NCBI GenBank assembly: GCA_002387725.1
Contig: DGKK01000025.1
Span: forward strand, 10,400-73,592
Direction: 5' to 3'
Length of the DNA stretch: 63,193 nt
Source of the DNA: Nitrospirae bacterium UBA4572
Lineage (GTDB): Bacteria; Nitrospirota; Leptospirillia; Leptospirillales; Leptospirillaceae
Below, one piece after another: positions 9,114 through 19,117 of the stretch. The notes below the pieces were generated by a model, which saw only the letters and a list, made by a program, of their open reading frames with translations, did no database searches and was not told where the DNA came from. Position 1 is the first letter of the stretch, and each line of letters opens with the position of its first letter. The position numbers and the translations under genes were made by a program.

Positions 9114-9779
9114 TTATTTTAATAGCTTCCATTGCTCCTTGGTGAGGACCTTTCCGACTTCCACATGGCCTGCCAGATGGTCGAAGGTGGACTGGGCCAT
9201 CAGACGGGTGAGGCGCTTGTATAGCGCCCATCCCTTTCGTAGGGGAGGGTCGGGGCGATCCATCAGAGAGAGAAACTGGGCACGAAGATGGTCTATCTGG
9301 GCAAACTGTCGGATGGAGCGGGTCACCATATGGCGTCTGATCGCCCGGATTTTGGATATCTGGGTGGGAGTCAGATGGAGCTCTTTTGCCCGGGAGAGGA
9401 TATAGCTCGCTCCGGGATGGGGACCGAGCGCCTGGGGAAGGATAAAGGCCGCTCCGGCCTTGTTCCTGAAAATGTGGAGTTCTTTCATCATCTCGGGACT
9501 TGTATAGGGCTGGGATTCGGCGAGGGAGGGAGAGACCGCTCCTGTCAGCAGCACAAGGAGAAAGGCTGTCAGCGCCAGAACGAATGATTTCAAGGTGGAT
9601 CTTTCAAAGGAGTTTGGATAGCTCTCCTCACGGGTAAGGCGAGAATGCCACAGAGGGTTTTTGTTCACAGGGGGCCACCTCTCTTGGGGGTTCATGAATG
9701 ATGAGACTCTCTCCGATGTGTCACACAGACTTGGGATTGCCGGAAGTAGTTTGTCGAATTTTTTATCTCGTGATAACAT
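9114..9779 (-). CDS. Periplasmic LTXXQ-motif protein (CpxP/Spy/ZraP-like)
   Basis: ORF contains a signal-like segment KSFVLALTAFLLVLLTGAVSPSLAES and two LTXXQ motifs (LTPTQ, LTKEQ). The true start may be the TTG at 9593 rather than the ATG at 9779. Confidence 0.6.
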   Translation of the reverse strand: MLSRDKKFDKLLPAIPSLCDTSERVSSFMNPQERWPPVNKNPLWHSRLTREESYPNSFERSTLKSFVLALTAFLLVLLTGAVSPSLAESQPYTSPEMMKELHIFRNKAGAAFILPQALGPHPGASYILSRAKELHLTPTQISKIRAIRRHMVTRSIRQFAQIDHLRAQFLSLMDRPDPPLRKGWALYKRLTRLMAQSTFDHLAGHVEVGKVLTKEQWKLLK

Positions 9780-9842
9780 GAGGCCATTGTATCATGGTCC
9801 TGACTTTCGGGATTTCTCGATCACGCGTATTCTCACGGGCGA

Positions 9843-10628
9843 GTGTCACCTCATTATACGGAGGAGAGGATCATCCTACCCGTCCCCTTTTTTTCTCGGT
9901 CCTTTCGTTTCGGTCAGACGCCCTCTCTCTCGCATCGACTACGGAGAACCTCCGCCTCGATTCTTTTGACTATTTTCTGTCTGCTAGTGGCTTGGACCTC
10001 CCCGTCATGGGCGATCGATATCGACAATCAGGATGGCTTGCCTGACTTCTCGAGCCAGACCGACGCCGGCTCTTCCGAAACAGTCAACCCGCTCGGCGCT
10101 CCCGGTCAGATCCTCTTCCAGGCGGACATGGGATTTGTCCCGGCGTCGGGTCCCTCCGTGACCGGTGCGATCGGCAATACGGGCCTCGGGACCGGATTCC
10201 TCGTGGGTCTTGAGGGAGGGTATACCGTTTACAAGAATCTGGCTCTGACGGCGAGCATTGCGGTTCACGCCTTCGGAAACGACACGAATATTCCTGTCCT
10301 GATCGGGGCCCAGTATTTCTTTGCCAACGGCGGAGGGCTTCCGATGACGATCGGGGGAAATTCGATCGACATCATTCCTTATCTTGAGTTTGCCTTTGGT
10401 CCGGCCTTCAACTCCTCCACGGCAAGCGATGGTCAGGGTGTCGGAACGACGGCCTTTGCCTTTCGGGTCGGCCCAGGAATCATGGTTCCCTTCGGAACAG
10501 TCAAGCATCAGGGGATTTTCTTCGAGATCGACTATGAAAATCAGTCCGGACCCTTCGCAGGGCAAGGACTGTCCTCCTCCTCGGTGACCCTCATCCCTGT
10601 CAAGATAGGTTATATCACCCTTTTCTGA
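9843..10628 (+). CDS. Putative outer-membrane beta-barrel protein
   Basis: Signal-like segment RRTSASILLTIFCLLVAWTSPSWA, Gly/aromatic-rich alternating pattern, and a C-terminal beta-signal ending in Phe (KIGYITLF). The start codon is uncertain (GTG at 9843). Confidence 0.6.
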   Translation: MSPHYTEERIILPVPFFSRSFRFGQTPSLSHRLRRTSASILLTIFCLLVAWTSPSWAIDIDNQDGLPDFSSQTDAGSSETVNPLGAPGQILFQADMGFVPASGPSVTGAIGNTGLGTGFLVGLEGGYTVYKNLALTASIAVHAFGNDTNIPVLIGAQYFFANGGGLPMTIGGNSIDIIPYLEFAFGPAFNSSTASDGQGVGTTAFAFRVGPGIMVPFGTVKHQGIFFEIDYENQSGPFAGQGLSSSSVTLIPVKIGYITLF

Positions 10629-10636
10629 GGTTCAGG

Positions 10637-11038
10637 ATGATCCGGGTCTCCCGACTCGACCATGTTGCCCTTCCTGTTGCCGATATGGATCGTTCTCTCG
10701 CGTGGTACCAGAGGATGTTCGGGCTTGTCCACACCTATAAGAAAGAATGGGGAACAGACCCGGCCTTTCTTTGCGTGGGTGGAACCTGCATCGCCCTTCT
10801 CGATGCAAAAGGTGTTGCCCCTTCCGTTGTCCCGGTCACGCAGCGGCATGTCTGCTTCCTGGCCGACGAGGAAGTTTTTCTCGGCGCCATGGATTTCTTG
10901 GGGAAAGAAGGGATTCCCTTTCAGGTAGATGACCATCAGGTGTCCCGATCCCTCTATTTCCAGGATCCGGACGGCCACTGGATAGAGATTACCTGCTACC
11001 GACCGGGACTGGAGCCCGGTTCTCCTGCAGTTTCTTGA
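10637..11038 (+). CDS. VOC-family (glyoxalase/bleomycin-resistance/dioxygenase) protein
   Basis: 133-aa ORF. N-terminus RLDHVALPVADMDRSLAWYQRMFGL is typical of the VOC fold. Confidence 0.8.
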   Translation: MIRVSRLDHVALPVADMDRSLAWYQRMFGLVHTYKKEWGTDPAFLCVGGTCIALLDAKGVAPSVVPVTQRHVCFLADEEVFLGAMDFLGKEGIPFQVDDHQVSRSLYFQDPDGHWIEITCYRPGLEPGSPAVS

Positions 11039-11065
11039 CAATAAACGAAGGCAGAGCTTAATCTT

Positions 11066-12064
11066 ATGGTCATGAATCCACTTCTTGAGACAGGTATCAA
11101 CGGTATTTGGGTCGCATACCGCGATCAGATGGCGGCGGTGGAGGAAAAGCTTCATGCGATCCTGACCGGGATCGTTCCTCTGGCCAGCGAGATGACCTCT
11201 TATGTCGTTTCCGGGGGAGGCAAGAGGCTTCGCCCGCTCCTGATGGTCATTTCTTCCCGCCTCTCCGGAGCAGAGGGACCCGAGCCGATACTTTTGGCCG
11301 CCGTTGTTGAGATGATCCATACGGCAACGCTTCTTCATGACGATGTGGTTGACAATGCCGATGTCAGGAGAGGGAAGAAGGCCGCTCATCAACGTTGGGG
11401 AAATCAGCCGGCGATCCTGGTGGGAGATTTCCTGTATGCCAACTCCCTCTGGCTTGCCATGGGGCTTCACAGCCACGAGGTGAACGACTCTCTTACACTG
11501 GCCTGCAAGAAGATGTCAGAGGGAGAAATTCTCGAGCTCTTTCTCGATGGCAACCTCGAAGCCACCGAAGACCAGTACTACAATGTCGCCGCCTGCAAGA
11601 CCGCGACGCTGACCGCGAGCACATGCCGCCTTGGCGGGATTCTGGGAGGCCTTTCCGACGAAGAGAAGGAGGCCCTCGATCGCTTCGGCTATTATGTAGG
11701 AATGGCCTTTCAGGTCGCCGATGATGCTCTCGATTACATGGCGAGCGAGGAGAAGCTAGGAAAAACCCTCGGTCGCGATCTTTCCGAAGGGAAGATGACA
11801 CTTCCCCTGATTCACTGCCTCGCAACGTCCTCTGCCGAATCCCGGAGCCGTCTTGTGACGAAGGTCGGATCGGGAGAGATCCGCAACGGTGATCTCGACG
11901 AGGTCCTGCGTCTGATGAAAGACACGGGGTCGATCGAGTACTCCCTCGGGCGGGCCCGGGAGTTTACCCGCAAGGCCCAGGAAAGCCTCGAATGCTTCTC
12001 TCATTCCCTTCCCAAGCAGCATCTTCTGGCACTCTCCGATTTCGTCATTTCACGGGAGATGTAG
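11066..12064 (+). CDS. Long-chain polyprenyl diphosphate synthase (IspB-like)
   Basis: 332-aa ORF with both Asp-rich motifs (LLHDDVVDNADVRRG and FQVADDALDY). Confidence 0.88.
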   Translation: MVMNPLLETGINGIWVAYRDQMAAVEEKLHAILTGIVPLASEMTSYVVSGGGKRLRPLLMVISSRLSGAEGPEPILLAAVVEMIHTATLLHDDVVDNADVRRGKKAAHQRWGNQPAILVGDFLYANSLWLAMGLHSHEVNDSLTLACKKMSEGEILELFLDGNLEATEDQYYNVAACKTATLTASTCRLGGILGGLSDEEKEALDRFGYYVGMAFQVADDALDYMASEEKLGKTLGRDLSEGKMTLPLIHCLATSSAESRSRLVTKVGSGEIRNGDLDEVLRLMKDTGSIEYSLGRAREFTRKAQESLECFSHSLPKQHLLALSDFVISREM

Positions 12065-12205
12065 TCGGGGGAAACGGATGAACTTCCTCCCCATCAGCCC
12101 CGTCTGGTCTCGGAGGATTCGGGTCTCCGAGGTTCGTGCATTCGCGAGCTTGGGAACATACTCTTTCACGACCCATCGCGCCTTCGTCCCGAGAGGCGGA
12201 GGTCA

Positions 12206-13537
12206 ATGACCCACACATCAACAGGCGCCCGATTGGCGCAATCAACTGGAGGAACGTTGGCCGACCTGATCCCATTCAACGGGCTGGTATACGCGGAATC
12301 TCTCAAAGGCTCCATCGGAGATCTCACTACCCCCCCTTACGACATCATTTCCAAGGAGGCCCAAAAGGCCTTTTATGAAAAGAACCCGAACAATGTCATT
12401 CGGCTTGAGCTTCCCATGGCTCCTGAACCGGAGACCCCGGAGTCGAACCGTTACACCCGGGCCCGGGCCGATCTTGACCGGATGCTCTCCTCGGGAGTTC
12501 TGACCGTCGATCCTGTCCCTGCCCTCTACCCTTACACCATGACCTTCAAGGATCCTCTCACGGGTAACTCCAGAAAGATTCAAGGGTTTGTGGGCCGCAT
12601 CCGGCTCGAGGAATGGGAAAAGAAGATCGTCTACCCCCACGAGCGTACACTTCAGGGTCCGAAAGAGGACCGGATGGCCCTTTTCAAGGCAACATCCTGT
12701 TCCTTTAGCCAGATTTACCTCCTCTACCCCGATGCGACCCGCGAGATCATCGGACTTCTCGCCCCCAAGTCTGTGGAGAGGTTCCGCTGCACGGACTCCG
12801 ATAATGTTCTCCACGAACTCGGAGCGGTGACGGATGCCGCGACTCTGGCCCGGGTCACCGAGATCTTCCGGAAAAAGTCCCTCTATATCGCCGATGGCCA
12901 TCATCGTTATGAAACCTACCTGGCCTATCGCAATTACAGGAGGAGTCTGGAGACCTCTCCAAACCCCAATGCCCCCTACGAGTTTGTGACCGTCTTCCTC
13001 GCCGCGATGGAAGATGAGAATCTTTCCGTCCTGCCGACGCACCGGCTCGTGAAATCAATTCCTGGCGGGGCCAAGGCCTTTCTTCAGGGGCTCGAATCCC
13101 GTGCCTCCATTGAGCGGTTTTCCAAGGCCCAAGGTGATCGCTTTCTCGCCGCCCTTCGCGCCTCCAACCCCCAGGAAACCGTCATCGGGGTGGCCGTTTC
13201 CGAGACGGACGAACTCCTTCTCTGTCGTCTCAACGTCCCACGCGGAGAAGGCGTCAAGGCTCTCGACACCTACTGGCTTCAGGAGGCTGTGCTTTCGCCC
13301 CTTCTGAATATAACTCCCGAACGAATTCGCACCGAGGATCTCCTTCGGTATGACAAATCCGACCGTTCTGTCCAGGAAAAGGTCTTCGGGACCCGCGACT
13401 ATGCCTTGGGCTTCTTTATCCGCCCCGTCTCCGCCAAGGTGATCGAGTCTGTCACCCAGAGAGGGGAGCTGATGCCTCAGAAGTCCACCTACTTCTACCC
13501 AAAACCGCTCACCGGGATGGTGATGGCCAAGCTTTAG
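12206..13537 (+). CDS. DUF1015-family protein (function unknown)
   Basis: 443-aa ORF with the ADGHHRYETYL block, which I associate with DUF1015. Confidence 0.7.
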   Translation: MTHTSTGARLAQSTGGTLADLIPFNGLVYAESLKGSIGDLTTPPYDIISKEAQKAFYEKNPNNVIRLELPMAPEPETPESNRYTRARADLDRMLSSGVLTVDPVPALYPYTMTFKDPLTGNSRKIQGFVGRIRLEEWEKKIVYPHERTLQGPKEDRMALFKATSCSFSQIYLLYPDATREIIGLLAPKSVERFRCTDSDNVLHELGAVTDAATLARVTEIFRKKSLYIADGHHRYETYLAYRNYRRSLETSPNPNAPYEFVTVFLAAMEDENLSVLPTHRLVKSIPGGAKAFLQGLESRASIERFSKAQGDRFLAALRASNPQETVIGVAVSETDELLLCRLNVPRGEGVKALDTYWLQEAVLSPLLNITPERIRTEDLLRYDKSDRSVQEKVFGTRDYALGFFIRPVSAKVIESVTQRGELMPQKSTYFYPKPLTGMVMAKL

Positions 13538-13561
13538 CCCGGGGCTGTTTTCATGAAGAAG

Positions 13562-13599
13562 GGAGGTCGCCTCTTTCGGGGGGCGGCCTCCTTTTTTTT
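13562..13599. terminator. Rho-independent terminator shared by the convergent DUF1015 and rluD genes
   Basis: GGAGGTCGCC-loop-GGCGGCCTCC stem followed by T8 on the plus strand. Preceded by an A-rich run, so it is partly bidirectional. Confidence 0.75.
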
Positions 13600-13607
13600 G
13601 TCAAAAA

Positions 13608-14651
13608 TCAGTCGGGGGAGGTTGAGGGGGAAGGGTCGAGGGGGTGGAGCTGCGACAGGGCCCCCTGCATGTCAGGAGGAAGCGGGGCATGGAATTTGAG
13701 TTCTTCCCCAGTGATCGGGTGGGTGAATCCCAAGTTCGCGGCGTGGAGCATGATTCTTGGAAAAAGAAGATTGTCCTTGCGCCCCTTTTTTTTGTAGACA
13801 GGATCTCCGGCCAGCGGATATCCCAGATGTTGCATGTGAACCCGTATCTGATGGGTCCGGCCGGTGAGGAGGGTGATATCCAGGAGGGAATAGCCCTCCC
13901 GGTACGCAGTCATGACCCTGTATCGCGTTTGGGAAGGTTTTCCCCCCGAAGTGACGGCAAATTTCTTTCGGTCCCCATTGGATCGGCCGATGGGGGCATC
14001 AATGAGACCTCGCCTGGAAGGTGGAATCCCTATGGCCAGGGCAATATAGCTTTTTGAGACGGTGCGCCCGCGAAACTGCTCCATGAGATGGTCGACGACC
14101 TCGCTCTTCTTGCCGACCACCAGAAGACCCGACGTATTCTGGTCCAGACGATGAACAAGGCCGGCTCTGGCCGGACCTTCACCCTCTCCGGCCTCCTCTC
14201 GGGACAGGTGGCCAAGCAGCCCGTTCAGAAGGGTTCCATTGGGGTGACCGGGAGCTGGATGGACGACGAGGGAGGGGGGTTTGTTGATCACAAGAAGGAA
14301 TTCATCCTCATAGAGGATGTCGAGGTCCATCTCCTCCGGAGCATCTTCCGATGGGGCCGGCGGGGGGATGTGGACGGTGATGATATCCGCTCCGCGGATT
14401 TTGTAGGACGCGGGCTCGATCCGTCCATTGACGGTAATCAGGCCTTCATCCAGGATTTTCTGGATTCTTGAGCGGGAAAAGGGGAGACATGTCTGGGCAA
14501 GAAAGTGATCCAGACGTTTTTTTGATTCGCCTGGATCGACCTGATACATGCGGCATTCCAGCGATTCTCCGGCGGAAAATGCCCCGGCTTCTTCTGGCGA
14601 AAGCTTCTTTCTGACAAGCTCAATGCCGGCTGATGGTTCGATCCTTCTCAA
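13608..14651 (-). CDS. rluD: 23S rRNA pseudouridine synthase, RluA/RluD family
   Basis: 347-aa ORF with an S4-like N-domain and the catalytic motif HRLDQNTSGLLVVGK. Confidence 0.9.
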   Translation of the reverse strand: MRRIEPSAGIELVRKKLSPEEAGAFSAGESLECRMYQVDPGESKKRLDHFLAQTCLPFSRSRIQKILDEGLITVNGRIEPASYKIRGADIITVHIPPPAPSEDAPEEMDLDILYEDEFLLVINKPPSLVVHPAPGHPNGTLLNGLLGHLSREEAGEGEGPARAGLVHRLDQNTSGLLVVGKKSEVVDHLMEQFRGRTVSKSYIALAIGIPPSRRGLIDAPIGRSNGDRKKFAVTSGGKPSQTRYRVMTAYREGYSLLDITLLTGRTHQIRVHMQHLGYPLAGDPVYKKKGRKDNLLFPRIMLHAANLGFTHPITGEELKFHAPLPPDMQGALSQLHPLDPSPSTSPD

Positions 14652-15573
14652 CTTTTTCCCTGGCCTTTTCCATATTGGACTTGATGGCCGTATTCCCGGG
14701 GTCCTGTGTCTGGGCGATCTTCCACTCCGCCAGGGCTCGCTCGTAGTTTTCCTGGTCCATGAAGATCGTCCCGAGATCGATCCGGGCCTGGAGGTTCAAG
14801 GGGTTCATGTCCAGGGCTTCTTCAAGCACGCTTATGGCCCCGTCCTTATCCCCGACCATGTTCAGCGTCCATCCCAGCTCTCTCATGGTTTCGTCACTGG
14901 GCTCGATTTCAACCGCTTCCTCGAGCTCCATGATCGCCTCGTCCCACTTCCCCTGCTCGGAGTAGAGAAGTCCCAGCAGCTGGTGGACCCGGGGATGGAG
15001 CGGGTCGATATCGGTCAATGCGAGAAGATACCTCTCCGCCTCTTCAAATCGCGCATTCTCGAAATAGATCTTTCCGATCGTTTCGTAGGCATCGGTGTTC
15101 AAAGGATCTTCTGAAAGAAGATCGTTCAGTAGCAGGATCGCTCCCCTGGGGTTTCCCTTCCCGTGGGCGGCAAAGGCCAGATGCAGGGTGATGTCCCTTT
15201 TTTCGACGATGTTTTGGGCCCCTTCGAGGAGGGTTTCCCCCAGGCGCTCGGCCTCATCGAACTTCTTGAAATAAATATGGAGATGCAGCGCATAGATCCC
15301 GAGTTTCCGGTCCTTGGGCCATTCTTTTCTCCAGAGGGCAATTTTTTTTGCCGCTTCATCGAATCTTCCCCCTTGAATCAGGGCGTCTATCATCAGATAG
15401 CGAAATGGCAAAATGGTCGGTTCGTCTGAGATGCCCGATTCGGCCAAGTGAAAGGCCTTCAGCCATTCGTTATTTTCCAGAGCCAGCTGTATCCGGGTGA
15501 TGCGGCTTTTTACTGTCTGGTCCATGCCCATCTCCTCCTTAGCTCGTGTCGCAGCGAGACTTGTATTTTTCAA
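14620..15573 (-). CDS. TPR-repeat protein
   Basis: 317-aa ORF with repeated 34-residue A/Y/L-rich helical pattern (..YETIGKIYFENARFEEAERYL..). ATGA overlap with lspA. Confidence 0.75.
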   Translation of the reverse strand: MKNTSLAATRAKEEMGMDQTVKSRITRIQLALENNEWLKAFHLAESGISDEPTILPFRYLMIDALIQGGRFDEAAKKIALWRKEWPKDRKLGIYALHLHIYFKKFDEAERLGETLLEGAQNIVEKRDITLHLAFAAHGKGNPRGAILLLNDLLSEDPLNTDAYETIGKIYFENARFEEAERYLLALTDIDPLHPRVHQLLGLLYSEQGKWDEAIMELEEAVEIEPSDETMRELGWTLNMVGDKDGAISVLEEALDMNPLNLQARIDLGTIFMDQENYERALAEWKIAQTQDPGNTAIKSNMEKAREKVEKDRTISRH

Positions 15574-16052
15574 TTCGTTCCGGCGGGTGTTCCGGTCCTG
15601 CCTCTCTCATCCCTCCACTGGAGGAAGAGTAGTGTTCCCACCCCAACGACAATGGCCGAGTCGGCGATGTTGAACGCCGGCCAATGGGCATTTCCGATAT
15701 AGAAATCGAGAAAGTCGACAACGCGACCCTCTCGGATTCTGTCTGAGAGATTCCCCGCAGCCCCTCCCAATATCATGGCCAGGGGATAGATATCCGGGCG
15801 TCGCTCCCGTCCTTTTCTGGCGCTATAAAGGAGAATTCCTCCCATAGCGAGCAAAGTGAAACCGATGAGGAGTGCTTCATGCACTCCCTTTTCCTCACCG
15901 GAAAACAGGCCAAAGACAATCCCTGTGTTCCGGACCGAGACAATCCTGAAAAAATGGGGAATAAGCTGTATGCTCGAAAAAAGATCGAGCCGAGTCTGGA
16001 CAAAAAACTTTGATATCTGATCGAGGATGAAGACCAATACCGCGATCGACAT
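15570..16052 (-). CDS. lspA: Lipoprotein signal peptidase (SPase II)
   Basis: 160-aa, 4-TM ORF (..VRNTGIVFG.., ..FNIADSAIVVG..) directly downstream of ileS, the classical pairing. Confidence 0.9.
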   Translation of the reverse strand: MSIAVLVFILDQISKFFVQTRLDLFSSIQLIPHFFRIVSVRNTGIVFGLFSGEEKGVHEALLIGFTLLAMGGILLYSARKGRERRPDIYPLAMILGGAAGNLSDRIREGRVVDFLDFYIGNAHWPAFNIADSAIVVGVGTLLFLQWRDERGRTGTPAGTN

Positions 16053-16156
16053 ATATGTTAACCAGCGCCTTCCGATTTTTACTCCCTTGGTATCGGGTTT
16101 TTCTTTGATTCATTTTACCACACTCCCCGGATGTCATGCATGAGGGGCCGCGGGCG

Positions 16157-19003
16157 TCAGCTTTCTTTGATGGCCTTATGGCATCTTTGGCAAATGGGCC
16201 AATTGTCCGGGTTTTTCCCTGTATCAGTTCGTATGAGCCAGCATCGCTCACATTTTGTTCCCTCCGCCCGGTAAAGGACCATCATTGTGTCAAACCGTTC
16301 GAGCCGGATAGGCTCGGTGAGGGGAGCGGATTCCCTCTTTTCCCGGGAGTTGAGAGTCAGTCCGGAGACAATGAAGAAAGACTCAAGAAACCCTTGGGAA
16401 AATCCCAGAGGATTCCAGTCTTTTTCGTTCCCCATAAAGTCGAGGCTGAGCTCCATGGTCGTTTTGATTGCCTTGTCTTTTTTGAGTTCATCGGAAATCT
16501 TGCCCAGAGCCGACCGGATCTCAAGAAGTCGTGCGACGCCCTCTTCAAGGTCATCTTTCTTCCGTTCAGGATGCAACGCCGGAAATGGACGGGCGAGAAT
16601 TCTGGCGGTCGCCTCCCCGGCGGAGGCGAGCTTTTCGTCGTGGATCACTATTTCCGTCGTCGTGAAGGGAAGGACCGGATGGAGAAGAGGCACCATTTCA
16701 TCGAGAAGGATTCTGAGCGTGGATTGGGTTCCCCTTCGGAGATTTCCGTCCGCCGCCTCGGCATAGAGCCGATCCTTGATGATGTCGAAATATTGGGCCG
16801 ATAGGGTCACCGAACAAAAGTTGTTTAGCTGGCTAATGACATGGGCAAAACGTTTTTCGTCATAGGCTGCCAATATTTCCCTCTTTACCTCCTCCCACTG
16901 GGAGAGGGCCCACCCATCGAGGGGATCCGCGCTCACAGTCTTTGGCTTTTCCGAATCCGCAAAGTCGTAGAGATTGCTGAGAATGAACCGGACGGTATTT
17001 CTGATCTTGCGGTAGGAGTCCACCGTGTTGTTCACAATCTCGGGAGATAGGCGCGTGTCCTCCTGATAGTCTGCGGAGGCGGCCCAGAGTCTGAGGACAT
17101 CGGCCCCGTATTTGTCGGTGATCTCTTTCGGGCTGATGACATTTCCCAGGGTCTTCGCCATCTTCCGTCCCTGTCCATCCACCACAAACCCATGGGTCAG
17201 CACGCTTCTGTAGGGCGGCGTTCCCTCGAGGGCCATCGCCGTGAGAAGAGAGGAGTGGAACCATCCCCGATGCTGGTCGGAACCTTCGAGATAGAGATCT
17301 GCCGGCCATTTGGCTCCCGCTCTTTTTTTGAGGACGGCCTCATGCGACACCCCCGAATCGAACCAGACATCAAGAATATCCTTTTCCTTTTCCACCGCTT
17401 TACTTCCGCAATGGGGACAGGGGCTGTCCTTCAGAAAATCCTTGCGTGCCGCCTCGTCAAACCAGAAGTCGAGCCCCTCTTTTTCTGTCTTGTCTGCAGC
17501 TCTCATGATGAGGGACGGCTCCAGGGAGGTCTTTCCGCAGTGGCTGCAGAATATTGCCGGGATGGGGACTCCCCAGGCGCGCTGGCGGGAAAGACACCAG
17601 TCCGGTCGTGTCTCGATCATTCCTCGAATACGGTTCTCTCCTTTTTCGGGTATCCAGTTGACCTCTCCGATGGCCTCCAGGGTTTTTTCCCTCAGGTTTT
17701 TTCTCTCGAGCGAGAGAAACCACTGGGAGGTGGCCCGGTAATAGACAGGGTTCTTGCAGCGCCAGCAGTGGGGATATGAATGCTCGATGATCTGGCTCTC
17801 AAGCAGGATCCCTGCTTCCTCCAGGAAGGTGATCATGAGGGGCGCAATCTCTCCGATCCTTTTTCCGACCCAGTCAGGGTGTGTGGTTTTAATCCGTTCG
17901 CTGTATCGTCCTTTTTCGTCGACCGGGGTCTCTCGACTGAGACCATGGAGATCTCCCACATGAAAGTCTTCCTCTCCGTGTCCGGGGGCGATATGCACCA
18001 ATCCCGTTCCCTGATCCGTGCCGACAAAGTTTCCGAGAACAAGGGGGACTCTTCGGGATCTGTCCACAGGATGCTGAAGATCGGGTTTCTCTTTGACCAG
18101 ATCCTCCCCTGTGACGACGGCGACGAGTCTGGTTCTTCCTTTGAGTTCTGGCCATTGGTGTGTCGACGATTTTTCCTGGCGTTCCCAAATCTCCCGGGAG
18201 ATGACAATTTGGGCGCCTCTTTCCAACGGCGAACCCTCTTCGACGACTTCTAGGATGGCGTAGCTTATCTCCGGTCCCACGGCGACGGCCTGATTGGCCG
18301 GAAGAGTCCAGGGGGTGGTGGTCCAGATGGGGTAGTATCGTTTCTTTCCTTGGACCTCGGAGGGGAAGAGGACTGTGACGGATGTCGAACGATGGGGCGC
18401 ATATTCCACTTCGGCATCGGCGAGGGCCGTTTCGCAGAATCCGCACCACAGGACGGGTTTTTCTCCTTTATAGATCCGCCCCTGTTCGACCATCCTCGCC
18501 AACTGCCTGAGAATGTCGGCTTCGAAGTCCCAGCTCATCGTCAGGTAGGGATGATCAAAGTCCCCCAATATTCCCATTCGAAGAAATTCCTCCGACTGGA
18601 TCTTGGCAAAGGTCTCGGCGGATTTTCGGCAATGAGCGCGAATTTCGCTGTCGCTAAGATCTCCCCGCCTCTTCCCCAAATCTTTGAGGACCTTATGTTC
18701 GATGGGGAGTCCATGGCAGTCCCATCCGGGAATGTAGGTGATGCGATGGCCTTTTTTGATCGCCACCCTGTTGATGATATCCTTAAGGATCTTGTTGAGG
18801 GCATGTCCCATATGGAGGTGTCCGTTGGCATAGGGCGGTCCGTCATGGAGGACGAACACCGGACGGTCCTTCAGGGCTTTTTCCATCTCTCCATAGAGAT
18901 TCCGCGCCTTCCACTCTTCGAGATACCGCTCTTCCTTTTGGGGGAGGTCGGCCTTCATGGGGAAATCGGTTTTGGGGAGGTTGAGAGTCTCTTTGAATTC
19001 CAC
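16157..19003 (-). CDS. ileS: Isoleucyl-tRNA synthetase (type 1, Zn-finger C-terminus)
   Basis: 948-aa ORF with HIGH (PYANGHLHMGH), KMSKS-like (KMAKT) and C-terminal CERCW...CQRC motifs. Confidence 0.97.
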   Translation of the reverse strand: MEFKETLNLPKTDFPMKADLPQKEERYLEEWKARNLYGEMEKALKDRPVFVLHDGPPYANGHLHMGHALNKILKDIINRVAIKKGHRITYIPGWDCHGLPIEHKVLKDLGKRRGDLSDSEIRAHCRKSAETFAKIQSEEFLRMGILGDFDHPYLTMSWDFEADILRQLARMVEQGRIYKGEKPVLWCGFCETALADAEVEYAPHRSTSVTVLFPSEVQGKKRYYPIWTTTPWTLPANQAVAVGPEISYAILEVVEEGSPLERGAQIVISREIWERQEKSSTHQWPELKGRTRLVAVVTGEDLVKEKPDLQHPVDRSRRVPLVLGNFVGTDQGTGLVHIAPGHGEEDFHVGDLHGLSRETPVDEKGRYSERIKTTHPDWVGKRIGEIAPLMITFLEEAGILLESQIIEHSYPHCWRCKNPVYYRATSQWFLSLERKNLREKTLEAIGEVNWIPEKGENRIRGMIETRPDWCLSRQRAWGVPIPAIFCSHCGKTSLEPSLIMRAADKTEKEGLDFWFDEAARKDFLKDSPCPHCGSKAVEKEKDILDVWFDSGVSHEAVLKKRAGAKWPADLYLEGSDQHRGWFHSSLLTAMALEGTPPYRSVLTHGFVVDGQGRKMAKTLGNVISPKEITDKYGADVLRLWAASADYQEDTRLSPEIVNNTVDSYRKIRNTVRFILSNLYDFADSEKPKTVSADPLDGWALSQWEEVKREILAAYDEKRFAHVISQLNNFCSVTLSAQYFDIIKDRLYAEAADGNLRRGTQSTLRILLDEMVPLLHPVLPFTTTEIVIHDEKLASAGEATARILARPFPALHPERKKDDLEEGVARLLEIRSALGKISDELKKDKAIKTTMELSLDFMGNEKDWNPLGFSQGFLESFFIVSGLTLNSREKRESAPLTEPIRLERFDTMMVLYRAEGTKCERCWLIRTDTGKNPDNWPICQRCHKAIKES

Positions 19004-19035
19004 GGAAGCTCCTTTTAGGGGGACGTTCTTTTCCC

Positions 19036-19064
19036 TTGAAATTTCTTTATTGATTGACTAGAAT
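19036..19064 (+). promoter_or_regulatory. Near-consensus sigma70 promoter upstream of tRNA-Val (-35 TTGAAA, 17 nt, -10 TAGAAT)
   Basis: Read directly: TTGAAA 19036-19041, TAGAAT 19059-19064. The tRNA starts ~54 nt downstream of the -10. Confidence 0.5.
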
Positions 19065-19117
19065 CATGAGCTCAGCGCTTTTGGCTGGGTCAGGCTTTTT
19101 TCTTTCTCTTCCCATAG

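Noticed and set aside
19004-19117. T-box or other leader element upstream of ileS.
   Set aside because: The spacer is short and is better explained by a plus-strand promoter for tRNA-Val. No specifier or T-box sequence was seen.
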